Positions 37,073-51,222 of a stretch of DNA of 64,000 nt are shown one piece after another. The stretch covers positions 140,802,001 through 140,866,000 of the forward strand of contig NC_086097.1 of the NCBI RefSeq assembly GCF_963921235.1, written 5' to 3'. Position 1 is the stretch's first letter; each line of letters begins with the position of its first letter. The DNA is from Mobula hypostoma. Taxonomy: Eukaryota. The notes beneath the pieces were generated by a model. The model had not been told where the DNA came from. It worked only from the letters and a program-made list of their open reading frames with translations, and did not search any database. Position numbers and translations under genes: made by a program.

Positions 37073-38396
37073 CACAAACAACAGGAATTCTGCAGATGCT
37101 GGAAATTCAAGCAACATACATCAAAGTTGCTGGTGAACGCAGCAGGCCAGGCAGCATCTATAGGAAGAGGCGCAGTCGACGTTTCAGGCCGAGACCCTTC
37201 GTCAGGACTAACTGAAGGAAGAGTGAGTAAGGGATTTGAAAGCTGGAGGGGGAGGGGGAGATGCAAAATGATAGGAGAAGACAGGAGGGGGAGGGATGGA
37301 GCCGAGAGCTGGACAGGTGATAGACAGAAGGGGATACGAGAGGATCATGGGACAGGAGGTCCCGGAAGAAAGACGGGGGGGGGGGTGACCCAGAGGATGG
37401 GCAAGAGGTATATTCAGAGGGACAGAGGGAGAAAAAGGAGAGTGAGAGAAAGAATGTGTGCATTAAAAAGAGTAACAGATGGGGTACGAGGGGGAGGTGG
37501 GGCCTAGCGGAAGTTAGAGAAGTCAATGTTCATGCCATCAGGTTGGAGGCTACCCAGACGGAATATAAGGTGTTGTTCCTCCAACCTGAGTGTGGCTTCA
37601 TCTTTACAGTAGAGGAGGCCATGGATAGACATGTCAGAATGGGAATGGGATATGGAATTAAAATGTGTGGCCACTGGGAGATCCTGCTTTCTCTGGCGGA
37701 CAGAGCGTAGATGTTCAGCAAAGCGGTCTCCCAGTCTGCGTCGGGTCTCACCAATATATAAAAGGCCACATCGGGAGCACCGGACGCAGTATATCACCCC
37801 AGTCGACTCACAGGTGAAGTGATGCCTCACCTGGAAGGACTGTTTGGGGCCCTGAATGGTGGTAAGGGCATGTGTAGCACTTGTTCCGCTTACACGGATA
37901 AGTGCCAGGAGGGAGATCAGTGGGGAGGGATGGGGGGGACGAATGGACAAGGGAGTTGTGTAGGGAGCGATCCCTGCGGAATGCAGAGAGAGGCGGGGAG
38001 GGAAAGATATGCTTAGTGGTGGGATCCCGTTGGAGGTGGCGGAAGTTACGGAGAATAATATGTTGGACCCGGAGGCTGGTGGGGTGGTAGGTGAGGACCA
38101 GGGGAACCCTATTCCTAGTGGGGTGGTGGGAGGATGGAGTGAGAGCAGATGTACGTGAAATGGGGGAGATGCGTTTAAGAGCAGAGTTGATAGTGGAGGA
38201 AGGGAAGCCCCTTTCTTTAAAAAATGAAGACATCTCCCTCGTCCTAGAATGAAAAGCCTCATCCTGAGAGCAGATGCGGCGGAGACGGAGGAATTGCGAG
38301 AAGGGGATGGCGTTTTTGCAAGAGACAGGGTGAGAAGAGGAATAGTCCAGATAGTTGTGAGAGTCAGTAGGCTTATAGTAGACATCAGTGGATAAG
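37073..38396 (-). mobile_element. 5'-truncated Penelope-like retroelement with GIY-YIG endonuclease
   Basis: Minus ORFs 37808-38233 (FFKERGFP..RVPLVLTYHP) and 37504-38385 (FTCESTGVIYCVRCSRCGLLYIGETRRRLGDRFAEH..LQPDGMN). The CxxC between the GIY and YIG motifs is characteristic of PLEs. Hammerhead motif at 37174-37209. Confidence 0.92.
37174..37209 (-). ncRNA. Minimal hammerhead ribozyme motif, sense to the PLE ORF and downstream of its stop
   Basis: Same 36-nt motif as 8999-9034; another intact copy at 56181-56216 (-). Confidence 0.7.
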
Positions 38397-39719
38397 GTGA
38401 TGGATGCTCGTCATCAATTAAATGCTTAAATCAAGCATTGACGAACTTATGACAACCAAAGTTATTAAAGGATGTATAATTGGGTCCAAAAGCGGTTAGG
38501 ATTAGTGTTCTGGATATTTTTGTCTGCATGTAGTAGTTTTAAAATATAATCCGTTTAAAAGTATTCTCTGTTTTCAAATCGGGAAATTCGGTGTATCTTC
38601 CAGTGGAGTGCGTTCATGGAAATCTGACGAACTGCCATAACAATAAGACACTCTAAAACCAGGAGGAGTAGGTATCTGGAACAATAAAAAGCAACGTATT
38701 GAAGCCATGTGGTCAGGCAGCATCAATAGGGGAAGAATGACGCCGACGTTTCTGCATCAGGATAGGAAACCCATTTCCCGCATCCCGCCCTAAAACATTC
38801 GCGCTTCCACGTGCGCCAAGCGGGAGTGGGGTGGTTGGTGTAGGTGCCGAGCATTCGCTCTCACAGAACAAGAACCAAGATCGGAAGTGAACTGCATTCT
38901 ACACATTATAAAATCGGGGAAGACCGCAACCACCGATGAGCGCAGGGCTGAACAAACTAGAAAGTTGCAATGACTACACAAAGAACACATTACAATTGTC
39001 TAGTGAGAATTCAGTGGGGCTTTCGGCGCAAAGTGTCAGTGAAATCATGTGACCAGAAGCCAGCGGGAAACGAGCCGCTGTTCACATTGCCGTTGTACTA
39101 TGGCTCATAGTAAAATGAATCTTTCAGCTCTCACCAAGTAAAAAAAAAGAAATGGTTAATAAAGAGGTCCGTTTTTAATCCTCCTTTGTATTCAGTTCGT
39201 CATGTCCCTCGACTGCAGGAAGTTGAGTTGAAAGTGATGTATGGGTGGACTAGGGAATTTCCGTCCTCATCTCCGCAGTCCGCCAGCTGTTATCGCCACT
39301 CGGTGGTTGTGGGGATGCGATGCAACAACAGCGCTGAGGGACACCAATCGTCATCTTGACGAACGTTCAGAAGGATGGAAGAGCCGGATGGCCTGTTTCT
39401 GTTGCATTTCTTACGTCCTGCTGCGTATCCCCGCCGCTGGTACCCACCTCCTCCAAGGAAACGGGGTGCGGGATGGGATAGCGCAAGTGGCCTACGACAA
39501 GTAACGGCATACTCGACCGTGGCCTAGTTCTGCCAGTTCTTACACCAACTCTCTTCGTCACATCTGCTCGATAGCAGCTCTCAGGGATATAGGGCAGAGT
39601 GGAAGGATGTGGAGGCTATTCGAAGTCTCCTTTCAATCGTTCAGTTTAAAATAATGTTTTTATCGGAATATTAATACACATCCGATCATGTGTACTAACC
39701 AGACAGATCCCAATCATAC

Positions 39720-40015
39720 TTCCTTTACTGAAGGCTATTACCCCTATTGGGGCATTGGTCGCCAACAGCAGCTCGCCAGAGTCCTCTGTCCAGGGTCAGT
39801 CTTTCAAGTTGTCCCAAAGTGTAGCCTATCTCCTTGGCCTATCCTTACTCTCCCAGGGAGCTTCTGTTGGTGTTTCTGTAGTTCTGAGATTTTACGAGAT
39901 GGTGTTGCTAATTCCACGCCCAACTACCCTCCTTTCGCAGATGGGCTTGCGTCCGTCTGTGGCGGAGTAGATCCCGATCATTCATTAGTGTTATTGGGAG
40001 ACCAGCACCACCTAT
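39720..40015 (-). mobile_element. RTE-like LINE remnant (paralogue at ~62835-63030)
   Basis: Minus-strand translation ..GYTLGQLERLTLDRGLWRAAVG resembles the C-terminus of RTE-clade ORFs. Confidence 0.5.
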
Positions 40016-41309
40016 GATGAGGTGATTGAAATAATAAATTTACATAATGAACTTAATTGCTTCCACGATATTCTTTCACTCACAGTTTGGGATTCGGGTG
40101 TCCTTTTTCGAGATCGGCGTTTATTGCCCTCCCTGCTACAACAGTAGCTACAGGAGCCGGTAAGCAGATGGGGGTCCTACTCGCAGCCTGACATCCCAAA
40201 GCATTTCTACCATCTGCTAGGCACATGATAGCGAGGTATCCATAAAGTTGGGATGAACTACCTCTTCGGAGGCTGCAGTCCTTCTTGTGAAGGTGCTTTT
40301 CGCTCTCTGCTGTGAGTGAGCTCCTGGATTTTGATTCAGTGACAATTGAGGACCTGTGATGTATAGTATGTCCCATTTCTGGACATTATATAAAGGGAAC
40401 ATAAACATTTGTGCTTCCTGCACCCTTCCGTTCTGTAAGAGTAGTCTAGACGGGGGCATTTTGAAGATTTCTGCACCCTGAAGGCTTATTTATGTTCTGT
40501 GTAAGTCTTTATCATGTGACTTGCAGATGGCAGAAATGCTTCGGACTGTCGCAAATAACCTCTAATACCCGCGCAGGAAAGATCACTAACCTGAAGCAAT
40601 CTGACCCAAAACGTGAACTCTGTTTATATTAACACGACGGATTCTGCAGATGCTGGAAATTCAAAACAATACAAACCAAATTCTGTAGGAACTCGGCAGG
40701 ACAGATAACATCTATGCAAATGAATAAACAGTCTACGTTTCGGGCTGAGGCCCACCTTCACGACTGGAAAGGAATAGGAATACGACAGAATAAAAGACTG
40801 GGTGGGGAGGGGATGGAGGATAGCTAGATGTTGATAGGTGAAGCAAAGTGAGTGGGAAAGGTAAACGGCGGGAGAAGAAGGAATCGAATAGGGGAGAAGA
40901 GTGTACCATAGAAGACAGGAAAGAAGGAAGGACCAGGGTGAACTGACAGGCAGTTGAGAAGAGATAAGGAGACAGAATGGGGAATAGAAGAAGAAGGGAG
41001 GGGAATAGAATATTTTGATATTTATGCCATATGGGTTGGAGTCTACCCGGACCGAATACAGGGTGTTCTGAAAGTAGTCTCATCGTGGCACAAGAGGAGG
41101 CTATGGAGTGACATGTCAGAACTGCAGTGTGAATCAGAATTAAAATGCTTAGCCACCAGGAACTTTCGCTTTTAAACGATGGGGAGGTGCTCCGCAAAGT
41201 GGTCCCCCGTGTCTTACCAATGTGGAGCAGGCCACAACAGGGGTATTGGACACAGTAGATGACCCCAGCAGATTCGCAAGTAAATTTTCGCCTGACTGTA
41301 AGGACCGAA

Positions 41310-44110
41310 TCGAGGGCTTTACATATTTTTATCGAAAGAACAGGCAGGTAGGCAGAGAGGGTGGGGGAGGGGTCTCTTTGGTAAAAACTGAAATCGGATC
41401 ATTAGGAAGAGGTGACATAGGATTGTAAGATGTGGAATCCTTGTGGGTAGAGCTAAGAAACTGCAAGAGTAAAAAGACCCAGATGGGAATTATGTAGAGG
41501 CATCTGAACTGTAGCAGCAATGTGGGCTACAAATTGCAAAAAGAGATGGAAAAGGCGTGTCAAAAAGGTAATGTCACGATAGACATGCGGGATTTTAATA
41601 GGTATATTGGGAAAATCAGCTTGATGCTGGATCCCAAGATGGGACATTTGTAGGATGCCCACAAGCTGGCTTTTTCGGGCAGCTTATAGTTGAGCCCACT
41701 AGAGGATCAGATATTCTGGGTTGGGTGTTGTGAAATGAACAGGAATTCGTTGGAAAGCTTAAGGTAAAGGAACCCTTAGCAGAGAATGGTCATTATATGA
41801 TAGACTCCATCCTACAATTTGACTGGGAGAAGTTAAAATCAGGTGTATCATTTACATTGGAGAAAAGGGAATTACAGACGCATGAGAGAGAAGCTAGCCA
41901 AAGTTGATTGGAAGAGGACAATAGCAGCGATGACGTCAGAGCAGCAACGGATGGAATTTCTTAGAGCAATTCAGAAGGCGCAGCATAGATACATCCCAAA
42001 GAAGAGTTAGTATTCTAAAGGCAAGATGACACAACTGTGACTGACAATAGAGGTCAAAGCCAACATGAATGCCTGAGAGTGGGTATAGAAAGAGCAAACA
42101 TTTGTAGGAAGTTAAAGGGTTGGGATGCTTTTAAAACCAATCAGAAAGCAACTAAAAAGTCAGGAAGAGGGAAGAGATGGAATACGAAGGTAAGCTAGCC
42201 AACGATATTAAAGAGAATACCAAAGGTTTCTTCAGATATATAAAGAGTAAGCGAGAGGCGGGAATAGATTTTGGACTGCTGGAAAATTATGTTAGAGAGG
42301 TAGTAATCGGGTACAGGGAAATAGCGGTGAATCGAATAAGGATTTTTCAGTAGTCTTCACTGTGAAATACACTAGCAGTCTGCTGGAAGTTCAAGGTTGC
42401 CATGGGGCAGAAGTGAATGCATTTGCCATTACTAGGGAGAAGGTGCTTAGGAAACTGAAAGGTCTGAAGATAGATATATCACCTGGACCAGATGGTCTAC
42501 ACCCAAAGGTTCTGAACCATTTGGCTGAAGTCATTGTGGTGGCATTCGTAATGACCTTTCTAGAAACAATAGAATCTGACATGGTTCTGAAGGACTGAAA
42601 ATTCGCAAATGTCTCTCCACAATTTAGGAAGTGAGAGAAGCCGATGAAAGGAACTTATAGGCCAGCTAGTCTGACCTCAGTGTTTGGAAGTTTTTGGAGT
42701 CAATTGTTAAGGGTGTGCTTGTGCCAGGCATGTGGCCAAGTGGTAAAGGCGTTCGTCTAGTGATCTGAAGGTCGCTCGTTCGAGCGTCAGCTGTGGCAGC
42801 GTGTTTGTGCCCTTGAGCAAGGCACTTAACCACACATTGCTCTAGTGTCAGTGCGAGGAGTGGCACCCCACACAGACTTCCGATCTGCGCCCTGTAAGGC
42901 ATGAAAGTGCCTGACGCAGGCCTCTCAAGGTCTGAGTCGACGTTCCCCGCCCCCCTTTAGGGTACTTGGAGGCAAATAATAAATAGGCTGAAGTCGCGGT
43001 GGTTTCCTTAAAGAAGAATTTGCCTGATAAAGTTGTTAGAATTAATTGAATAAATTGCAAGAGGATAGACAAAGGAGAATTGATGGATGTTGTGTACTTG
43101 GATTTTCAGATGGCCTTTTCCAAATTGTTGCTTTACACTTTCAAAGCCGATGATATTACTGGAAAGATACTAAAGTGGCTAGTGATGTTCCACAAGGGTC
43201 TATATTGCGGCCACTTCTTTTTACGTTGTATGTCATTGATTTAAATGACGGAACTGATGGCATGGTGGCCAGGTTTGTGAACGTTATGAAGATAGATAGG
43301 GGCAGGTGGTATTGAGGAAGCGGGAAAAGGCCAGTCATGCACTTTGGTAAATGAAATAAAAGCTTGGACTATTTTCTACACGGCCAAAAATACAAAAATC
43401 CGAGAGCAAGGGGATTTGTGTCCTCGTGCAGTATTCCCTAAGTGTTAACTTGCAAGTTGAGTCAGTGACGAGGAAGACAAATGAAATGTTAGCATTCATT
43501 TCAAGGGGGCGAGAACATAAAATCAAGAATGTAATTTTGAAGCTTTATAAGGCAGCGATAAGGCCTCAATTGGAGTATTATGAACAGTTTTGGACCCCTT
43601 ATGTAAGAAAGATATGTTGACATTGGAGTGGTTTCAGAGGAGGTTCACGGGGATGATTCTTGTATTGTAAGGACTGATTGATGGCTATGGGCCTGTCTTC
43701 TCTGGAATTCGCAAAATGAGGGCGGATCTCATTGAAACCTATCAAATATTGAGAGGCATGGATAGAGTGGATGTGGAGATGTTTTTTCCTATGACAAGTG
43801 AATCTAGGACCAGAGGGTACAGCCTTAGAATGGAAGGCAGTCCATTTAGAATGGAGATGAGGAAGAATTTATTCGGCCAGAGAATGATGAATCTGTGGAA
43901 TTCATTGCCAGAGGTGGCTATGGAGTCCAATTCATTGTGTATATTTAAGGCAGATGTTGATAGATTCTTCATTAGGCCAGGGTTTGAAGTGTTTCGGGGT
44001 GAAGGCAAGAGACTGAGGCTGAGAGGGAAATGGATCAGCCATGATAAAATGTCGGAGCAGACTCGATGGGCCAAATAGCCTAATTCTCCTCTGTGTTATG
44101 GGCTTATGGA
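41310..44110 (+). mobile_element. Degenerate CR1 LINE ORF2 (second family), internally deleted
   Basis: APE-like start (GGGVSL), SPGPDGLHPKVL, VVYLDFQ.AFSK, MLAFISRG, MRADLIETYQILRGMDRVD..SRTRGYSL..NLWNSLP; 3' UTR ends ~44110. Confidence 0.87.
42722..42957 (+). mobile_element. tRNA-derived SINE with CORE-like domain, nested in CR1
   Basis: Box A TGGCCAAGTGG (~42733), box B GTTCGAG (~42778), CORE-like gtgcccttgagcaaggcacttaacc; interrupts CR1 sequence. Confidence 0.7.
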
Positions 44111-44540
44111 CTGAATGGAGGTGAGGGAGGAAGTGAATGGGCAGGTGCATTCGCTTGCAGGGATAAATGCAGGGAGGGAGATTAGTTGGGAGGGACGAAT
44201 TGGCAAAGGAAAGAAGGAGGCTATCGACGCGGAAAACGGAGAGAGTTGGGGGCGGGGGCGGGGGGGGGGGAAGATAAAGATATGTTTGGTAGTGGATCCT
44301 TTTAGAGATAGCGAAGGTTGTGGAGAATGACGTGTTAGATGTGGAGGCTCACGGGTTGATATGTAAGAACAAGAGGAACAGTATCACTGTTTAAGCGACG
44401 GAAAAACGGGGTGAGCACGGCTGTTAGGGAAATTGAGGAGACGCGGGTCAGAGCAGCATGAATGGTGGAGGAAGAGAAACCTCCTTTCTCAGCCCAAAAC
44501 ATCCATTGTTCATTCATTTCCAGAGATGCTGCCTGACTTG
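44110..44540 (-). mobile_element. Older, degenerate Penelope-like fragment (similar relics at ~40635-41250, 47630-48020, 63597-64000)
   Basis: GFSSSTIHAALTRVSSI..VPLVLTYQP matches the ORF at 37808-38233; related terminal sequence with decayed hammerhead cores. Confidence 0.65.
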
Positions 44541-47190
44541 CTGAGTTCCTCCAGCATTTTGTGCGTGTTGTTTCTGTTTATTTTTTCTGCGCAGCGTATT
44601 GATTTTGATTTAAATCGGAGCTTCCCAGTTCCTGGTATTGGTTTAGACTGTGTAATTGTTATTTCTTTGCAGTTTAACTTTCTTATGCCTGCCAGAATTT
44701 TCTATAAATACCTATATATATATACGTCATTGTTCATTGTGTCCCCTAGTGGTTACAGCTCTTTGTATTATTTTGAAAGGATGATGGCTCACCACCTTCT
44801 TTCCCTTCTCTTTATTCTTTGTTTTTAGACTTCTGCTACTTACATTTCCAATTGTTTTGTTCTCCTGGAGCTTATTGCAACAATGATGGAACCATACGCT
44901 TCACACCTCGTTCTTAACTTCTGAAACAACTTTGGATCAAAACATCAGAATCCAACACTGCTGTCTCTCCGCCAATGGTGACCATTTTAAGGCTGTGTAT
45001 TTTATTGACATTCAATGAAGGAGAAGTTAAAAAGAAAGAGAAGTCAGGAAGAGCGATCTTATAAATCAGAATGTAAGAACGTAAGAAATGGGAGCAGCAG
45101 TACTCCTTCTGATCCATCAACCCTGTTGCACAATTCGATAAAATCATGGCTGATCTGGTCGTGGACTCTGCTCCCCCTCCTGCTTTTTCTACAAAACCAT
45201 TAAATTCTCTGTTATTCAGAAACCCTATCTATGTATTAACTGTATTTTACGAATACTGCCTCCCGAGGCAGAAAATTCCACAGATTCACCACAATGCCAG
45301 GTAACCATTTCTTCTCAAAGGCTAACCTTCTTATCTTCGGAATCAACCTGTTAACCCGCCTCTGTATCTCCTACAAAGCTAGTGTATATTTTCTCAAGCA
45401 GCGAGATTAGAATTGTACGCAGTACTCCAGACCCTTCCAGTATTGCGGTAACTAAAACTGCAAATGATACACGGAACCTGGCCTAACCAAACTTTAATAC
45501 AAATTTTAATACAACATGACTTCCAACTTTCATACTCAATGCTTTAACCAATAAATGCAAGTATACTATAAGCATTTTGCTATCCTGTCCACTTGTGTCC
45601 TTGAGAGTTAGTCAATTCTTTCCAAAGGGATTTCCAGGCTTTACATTTGTAGTATTTATGGATTCTTTGCTCTTTTAAAAGGGAACTGAATGGGCGAAAG
45701 AAAATAATGAGTGAGACTGTGGATGGCAGAAAGGGAGAAACTGCACAATCAGCATGGCTTGTCAGACTGAACGGCCTATAATGCTGTAATCGGTAAGAAA
45801 GTCTAACAGCACAGGAAGAGGCTTTTCACACCATTGATCCATGCCGGCTCCCATCGGAACAACATCATCAGTCCCATTCCCTTTCCTTATGTCCTTTAAG
45901 CCTATAACTTATTCTCTCTCTCATGTCCATCAATCCTTCGAATCCTTCGGCATTCATATACACTGAGGGGTAATTTACTGTGGCCACGTAACTCACTGGC
46001 ATGATCCAAGCTACACAGGCCCGGTACCATTGGCTGGAAGAGATTAAATTGAAAGCAACTGTCAATGGTGTTGCTGCTGTTGCTTGTGGTCTACCGAACA
46101 CGGTGGGCCTGCGGACTGCCCCCAGCACAACTGGTGACGGTTAATGCGAACAACAGGTTTCCCTATATTTTGTGTTGTAGATGTGAAAAATAAATCAATC
46201 TGAATTTCACTGCTGCCTCCAGTAGAAACAGTGATTGTTCAAATGGCAGAAATATTCAAGGATGGGTCACTACAGACATGATTAGACTAAAAGCAAAACC
46301 TGAATAATACCTACCAAAATAATCATATGCCTACATGGTACTAAATTATCACATGGTTGTTAGGAAGTACCCAGTACCCGAGTAATTTCCCCTCTAATAT
46401 AGCATAAAAATAGGGATTGATTTTGGGAGAATACTCGGAATAAGTCTGAAAAAACTTATGTTAGTCGTTAGTTCACTTGCTGCTGGATATTATAATGTGC
46501 ATGTTGCAATTCAGACACAAATAAGGAGGTGTTATTCAGCAAAGATCTTCCAAGACTAGGGTGTGGAGAATAGATGGAAGGACATGTTGTGTTGAGTGTA
46601 TTACCATTCTGCGAAGTATAGAGATGCATTGAGTGATGGGGCAAAAATCTGACAAATGAAATGTGTAGAGGATTAGGTCATGGGCTTTATTAAGAGTAAT
46701 CAAAAGAGAGATTATTGTCTACATAGAAAGATGCAGTACTGCAAATGAGTGAAGTGCAGAGGGACTGAGATATTCATGTGCATATATTGTAAAATGTTAT
46801 GCAACAGTCGTATTGCAGAATGTTACCAGATAGTCAAGAGAGCAAATAAAGTTTTGGAAGAGAGGCTTTCTTGCAGTTGTCCAGGGCCATACCTGAAATA
46901 CTGTGCGCGATTTTTGCTCTCCTACCCGTAAAGGGATATAGTAGCATTGAAGTAGATCCAGAGGGGTTTCACCAGGGCTAATTCGTGGGAAGAGATTTTG
47001 GGTCTGTATTTCTTAGAGTTTGGCAAAATGAGGAGTGACCATATTGAGACTTATAAAATGGGATAGATATTGCCACAGTTTCACGACTGTGCACAGCCCG
47101 CAAATGTTACCATACAATTCGGTGCCAACATAGCATGCCCACAATGCTCGGCAGAACACAAGAAGCAATAAATCAACAACAGCAACCAAG

Positions 47191-47416
47191 CTCCATTCCT
47201 CCCCTCCCAACATGTTCATATACAGTCTCCTCCACCATGTTCATATACAGGCTCCTCCATTCCTCTCCTCCACCATGTTCATATACAGGCTCCTCCATTC
47301 CTCTCCTCCACCATGTTCATATACAGGCTCCTCCATTCCTCTCCTTCACCATGTTCCTATACAGGCTCCTCCATTCCTCTCCTCCACCATGTTCATATAC
47401 AGGCTCCTGCATTCCT
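47191..47416 (+). repeat. 38-bp minisatellite, ~5-6 copies
   Basis: Unit CCATGTTCATATACAGGCTCCTCCATTCCTCTCCTCCA starts at 47235, 47273, 47311, 47349 and 47387. Confidence 0.95.
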
Positions 47417-48729
47417 CCCTACTCCATTCAGCCTCCATTCTCCAAAAGACTCGGACACATAGACACTGGCCCTTCAACAGCCGAAGTGGACTCACAGAGA
47501 TTTACAGACCTAGGGCTTCAGCCAACGGGCCTTGACTCCAGGCTTCTGGAATCCGGCACAGAAGAGGAGTTAGGACTAGCACTAGGGTCAAAACAGTTAG
47601 ACATTCAGCACAGGGGAAGACGGATAGCTTGAAGGTGATAGGTGAAGGCACATTGAGTTTTTACATGCAAAGAGCCTTTACTTCAGAATGTCATCATGTC
47701 ACCACTTTGTCTCCTCTTTACTTATTCTCCTCAATTGCCTGCCACTATCCATTGGCACCTCTCCTTCTTCCCTCTCTCCTTCGTTCCTCTCCAGTCCTTT
47801 ACCTTTTCCACCCACCTGCCTTCATCTATCACCTTCTTGCAATCCTCCTTCCACCCACCACCCTTATATTCTGGAATCTTCCAACTTCCTTTCCTGTTCC
47901 AAAGAAGGATGTCAGCGCGAAACGTCGACTGCTCATTCATTTCCGTAGATGCTACCTGACCTGCCGAGTACCTCCAGCATTTTGCGTGGGTTGATTTGGA
48001 TTTCCAGCATCCGCAGACTTTCTCATTTCACAGAGGTGCTTATAAGATAAAAGATGCTGACACACACTTCTGGGAGTCAGGATGGTAGGAGCAATGGGGG
48101 GGGGGGGGTTGAATATTTATTGGCAGAATGTGCTGGAAAGGCAGAAAAAGCTGGAAGTGGATAAGACACCTGGTCCAGATGGCTTGCACCCAGAATTGCT
48201 GAGGAAACTGGAGTCAAACAATACAGGGTTGCCATCATATTCCATTTCCCCAGTGTAAGGGGACCAGAGGAACGTGACACCTTTGTTTTGGAAAAAGTGA
48301 ATGCATATTCCTAGAAACTATTGACCAATCAGTCTGATAGCAACATCGCTAAAAGTTAGAAACAAAGATAAAGAAGAAAATCAACAGGTATTTGTGGAGG
48401 ATAACGCAGGTGAGCGAACATGGACTTGTAAGATGCAAATTGGATTTAATTAATATAATCGATGATTTCATTAAGTAACAGAGAAGCTGATGTAAATCCA
48501 TTGAAGTAAAAAGTTAGCCCTGTCTCTGCACTAATATAATCTAATCAGCTGAATTTTTCTCACAACTTTGAACAGAGGCCAATCAGAGTGAGAAGACAAA
48601 GCTCACTCGGGTTCGTCGATTAACTACATAGGGCATCGGTTGCTGGCAGTTTGGTTTCTGAACAGCGGCCAATCAGCAATTGAGATTGATTAGCTAGAAC
48701 AAAGTAAAATAAGACAGGGGCAGAGGATG

Positions 48730-51222
48730 GGAACCAAAGTACCAGAGAGGATAGTGGAGAGGTTGCGGAGACAGATTTTTAAGACTTCAGACGAATTCAG
48801 GAATTAAAAATTTAAGCATAGAGAAACCAATATTCTAAGCTGCATATATTTCAATGCAAGATGTACTGTAGGAAAGGTAGATGAGTTCAGAGCTTGGATC
48901 AATACATGGAATTATGATATCGTAGCCATTGGTGAGACTTGGTTGCAGAAGGAGCAGGATTGGCAGCTCAATATTCCGAATTCCGTTGTTTTGGACGTGA
49001 AAGGGCGGGAGGGATTAAAGAGCGATGGATGGCGTTCCTAGCCAGGAAAAATATCACGGCATGTTCAGTCAGGAAAGTCTGGAGAACTTATCAAGTGAAG
49101 CTCTATGGGTGGAACTGAAAAATACGAAAAGTATGAACACGTTAACTGGTCTGTATTATTGACGACACAGCAGTCCGCGGGATTTAGATGAACAAATCTG
49201 TAGAGACATCGCAGACTGTTGCATGAGGTTGTTTCTGGCAACAGTGGTAGGCGCTTTTAACTTTCCAACCACTCAACAATCCCCGAGATTTTGATGAACG
49301 TATCGTAGACTGTTGCAAGAAATATAACGTTGTAGTAGTATGTGATTTTAACTTTCCACATATTGGCTATGATTCCCATACTGTAAAAAGACAAGATGGA
49401 ATAGAGTTTGTCATACGTGTTCAGGAAACTACCCTTAATCAGTACATAGACGATTGTGCGATACTTGATCTTCCTTCAGGGAATGAGACAGGGTGGGCGA
49501 TCGAAGTTTATGTCGGGGAACACTTTGTATCTAGTCATCATAATACTATTAGTTTCAATGTAAATATGGAAAGTGATAGGTCTGGTTCGTGGGTCGGGAT
49601 TATAAATTGGACAAAGGCCAATTTTGATGGTATCAGAAAGGATCTGGCAAGTATGGATACGGACAGGCTGATTCTGCAAAGGTGTTCCAAGTAAGTCGGT
49701 GGCCTTCAGAAGTGAAATTCCGAGAGTACAAAGCTCGTACAGGCCTGTCAGAATAAACGGTAAAGATAACAGATGTAGGGAAACTTGGTTTTCAAGAGAT
49801 ATGGAGGTCTGGTTCAGGAAAAAAAATTAGGTGCATTGCAGGTAGGAACAGATGAGATACGTATTGAGTATAAGAAATGCAAGAGAATACATAACAGTAA
49901 AATAGGAAGCCAAAAAGAAAGCATGGAGTTGGCTTAGCAGACAAGCTGAAGGAGAATCCTAAGGGATTCTACAGATACATTACGAGCAATAGGTTTGCAA
50001 GAGACAAAATTGATCCTCTGGAAGATCAGAATGGTAATCTATCCGTGCAACCAAACGAGATGGGAGAGATCTTAAATGGATTTTGTCTTTGTATCTGTAT
50101 TTACTCAGGAGGTGGACACGGAGTCTTTGGGAGTGAAGCAAATCTACGGCGAAGTCATGGACCATGAACAGATTACAGAGGAGTCGATGTTTGCTGTCCT
50201 GAGCGAAATATGGTGGATAAATTCCCAGGGACTGAGAAGAGTTCCTTTGAACCCTGTGGGAGGAGAGTGCACAAATTGCAGGGCCCGAGCAGAGATATTT
50301 AGATAATCCGTAACAACAGGTGGCATACCGGAAGATTCGAGGGTAGCTAATGTTGTTCTGCTGTTTAAGAAAGGCTCTGAGTGTAAACCAGGAAGTATAG
50401 ACTGGTGAGTCTGACATTAGTAATGGGAAATTTATTGGATAGTATTCTAAGAGATCGGACATATGAGTATTTGGATAGATATGGACTGATTAGGCACAGT
50501 CAGCGTGTTTTTTTGCCTGGTAAATTGTGCTTAGCCAATCTTGTCGAGATTTGCTCGGAGGTTACCATGAATGTTGACGAAAGCAAGTCAGTGGATGCAG
50601 GTAGAATTTAATGCAGACAAGTGCAAGTTGTTGCACTTCGTTAAGGCCAACCAAGGTAGATCTGAGGAGAGTAGTAGACAAAGGGATCTGGGGATACAGG
50701 TCCGTAATTTATTGAAAGTAGCGTCACGGGTAGATATGGCTATAACGAAAACTTTTAATACATTGTCCTTCGTACATCAAAGAATTCAGTACAGGAGATG
50801 GGATGTTAAGTTGAAGTTGCAAAAGATGTTCGTCAGGCCTACTATGGAGTATTCTGTTCAGTTTTGGTCACCAACCTACAGGAAAGATGTAATAAAGCTA
50901 AAGGAATGAAGATAAAAATTACTAGGACATTGCCAGGATTAGAGAGCCTGAATTATAAGGAAAGATTGAATAGGTTAAGACTTTATTCCTTGGAACATAG
51001 AAGGTGGAGCGGAGATTTGAAAGAGTATACAAAATTACGAAGGGTATAGATTGGCTTTTCCCACAGAGGTTGGCTGTGTCCACAATTAGAGGTGATTGGT
51101 TAAGAGTGAAAGGTGAAAAGTTTAAGAGGAACATGAAGGGAATCTTCTTCACACAGAGTTTCATTGGGGAGTGGAATGAACTGCCAGCGCTACTGGTACA
51201 TGTGAGCTCGATTTCGACGTCC
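48730..51222 (+). mobile_element. Degenerate CR1, block-B paralogue of the 9560-13188 element
   Basis: Same position relative to unique flanks; colinear APE and RT remnants (CIYFNA, WTKANFDGIRKDL, LNRLRLYSLEHRR). Confidence 0.85.

Noticed and set aside
42337-42364. CACTGTG heptamers as possible J-segment RSSs (also ~4484, 7724, 25864, 51244)
   Set aside because: Those inspected lack a GGTTTTTGT-like nonamer at 12 nt and a following FGxG frame, and most sit in repeats. No J or C exon was found, but a by-eye search could miss a degenerate one.
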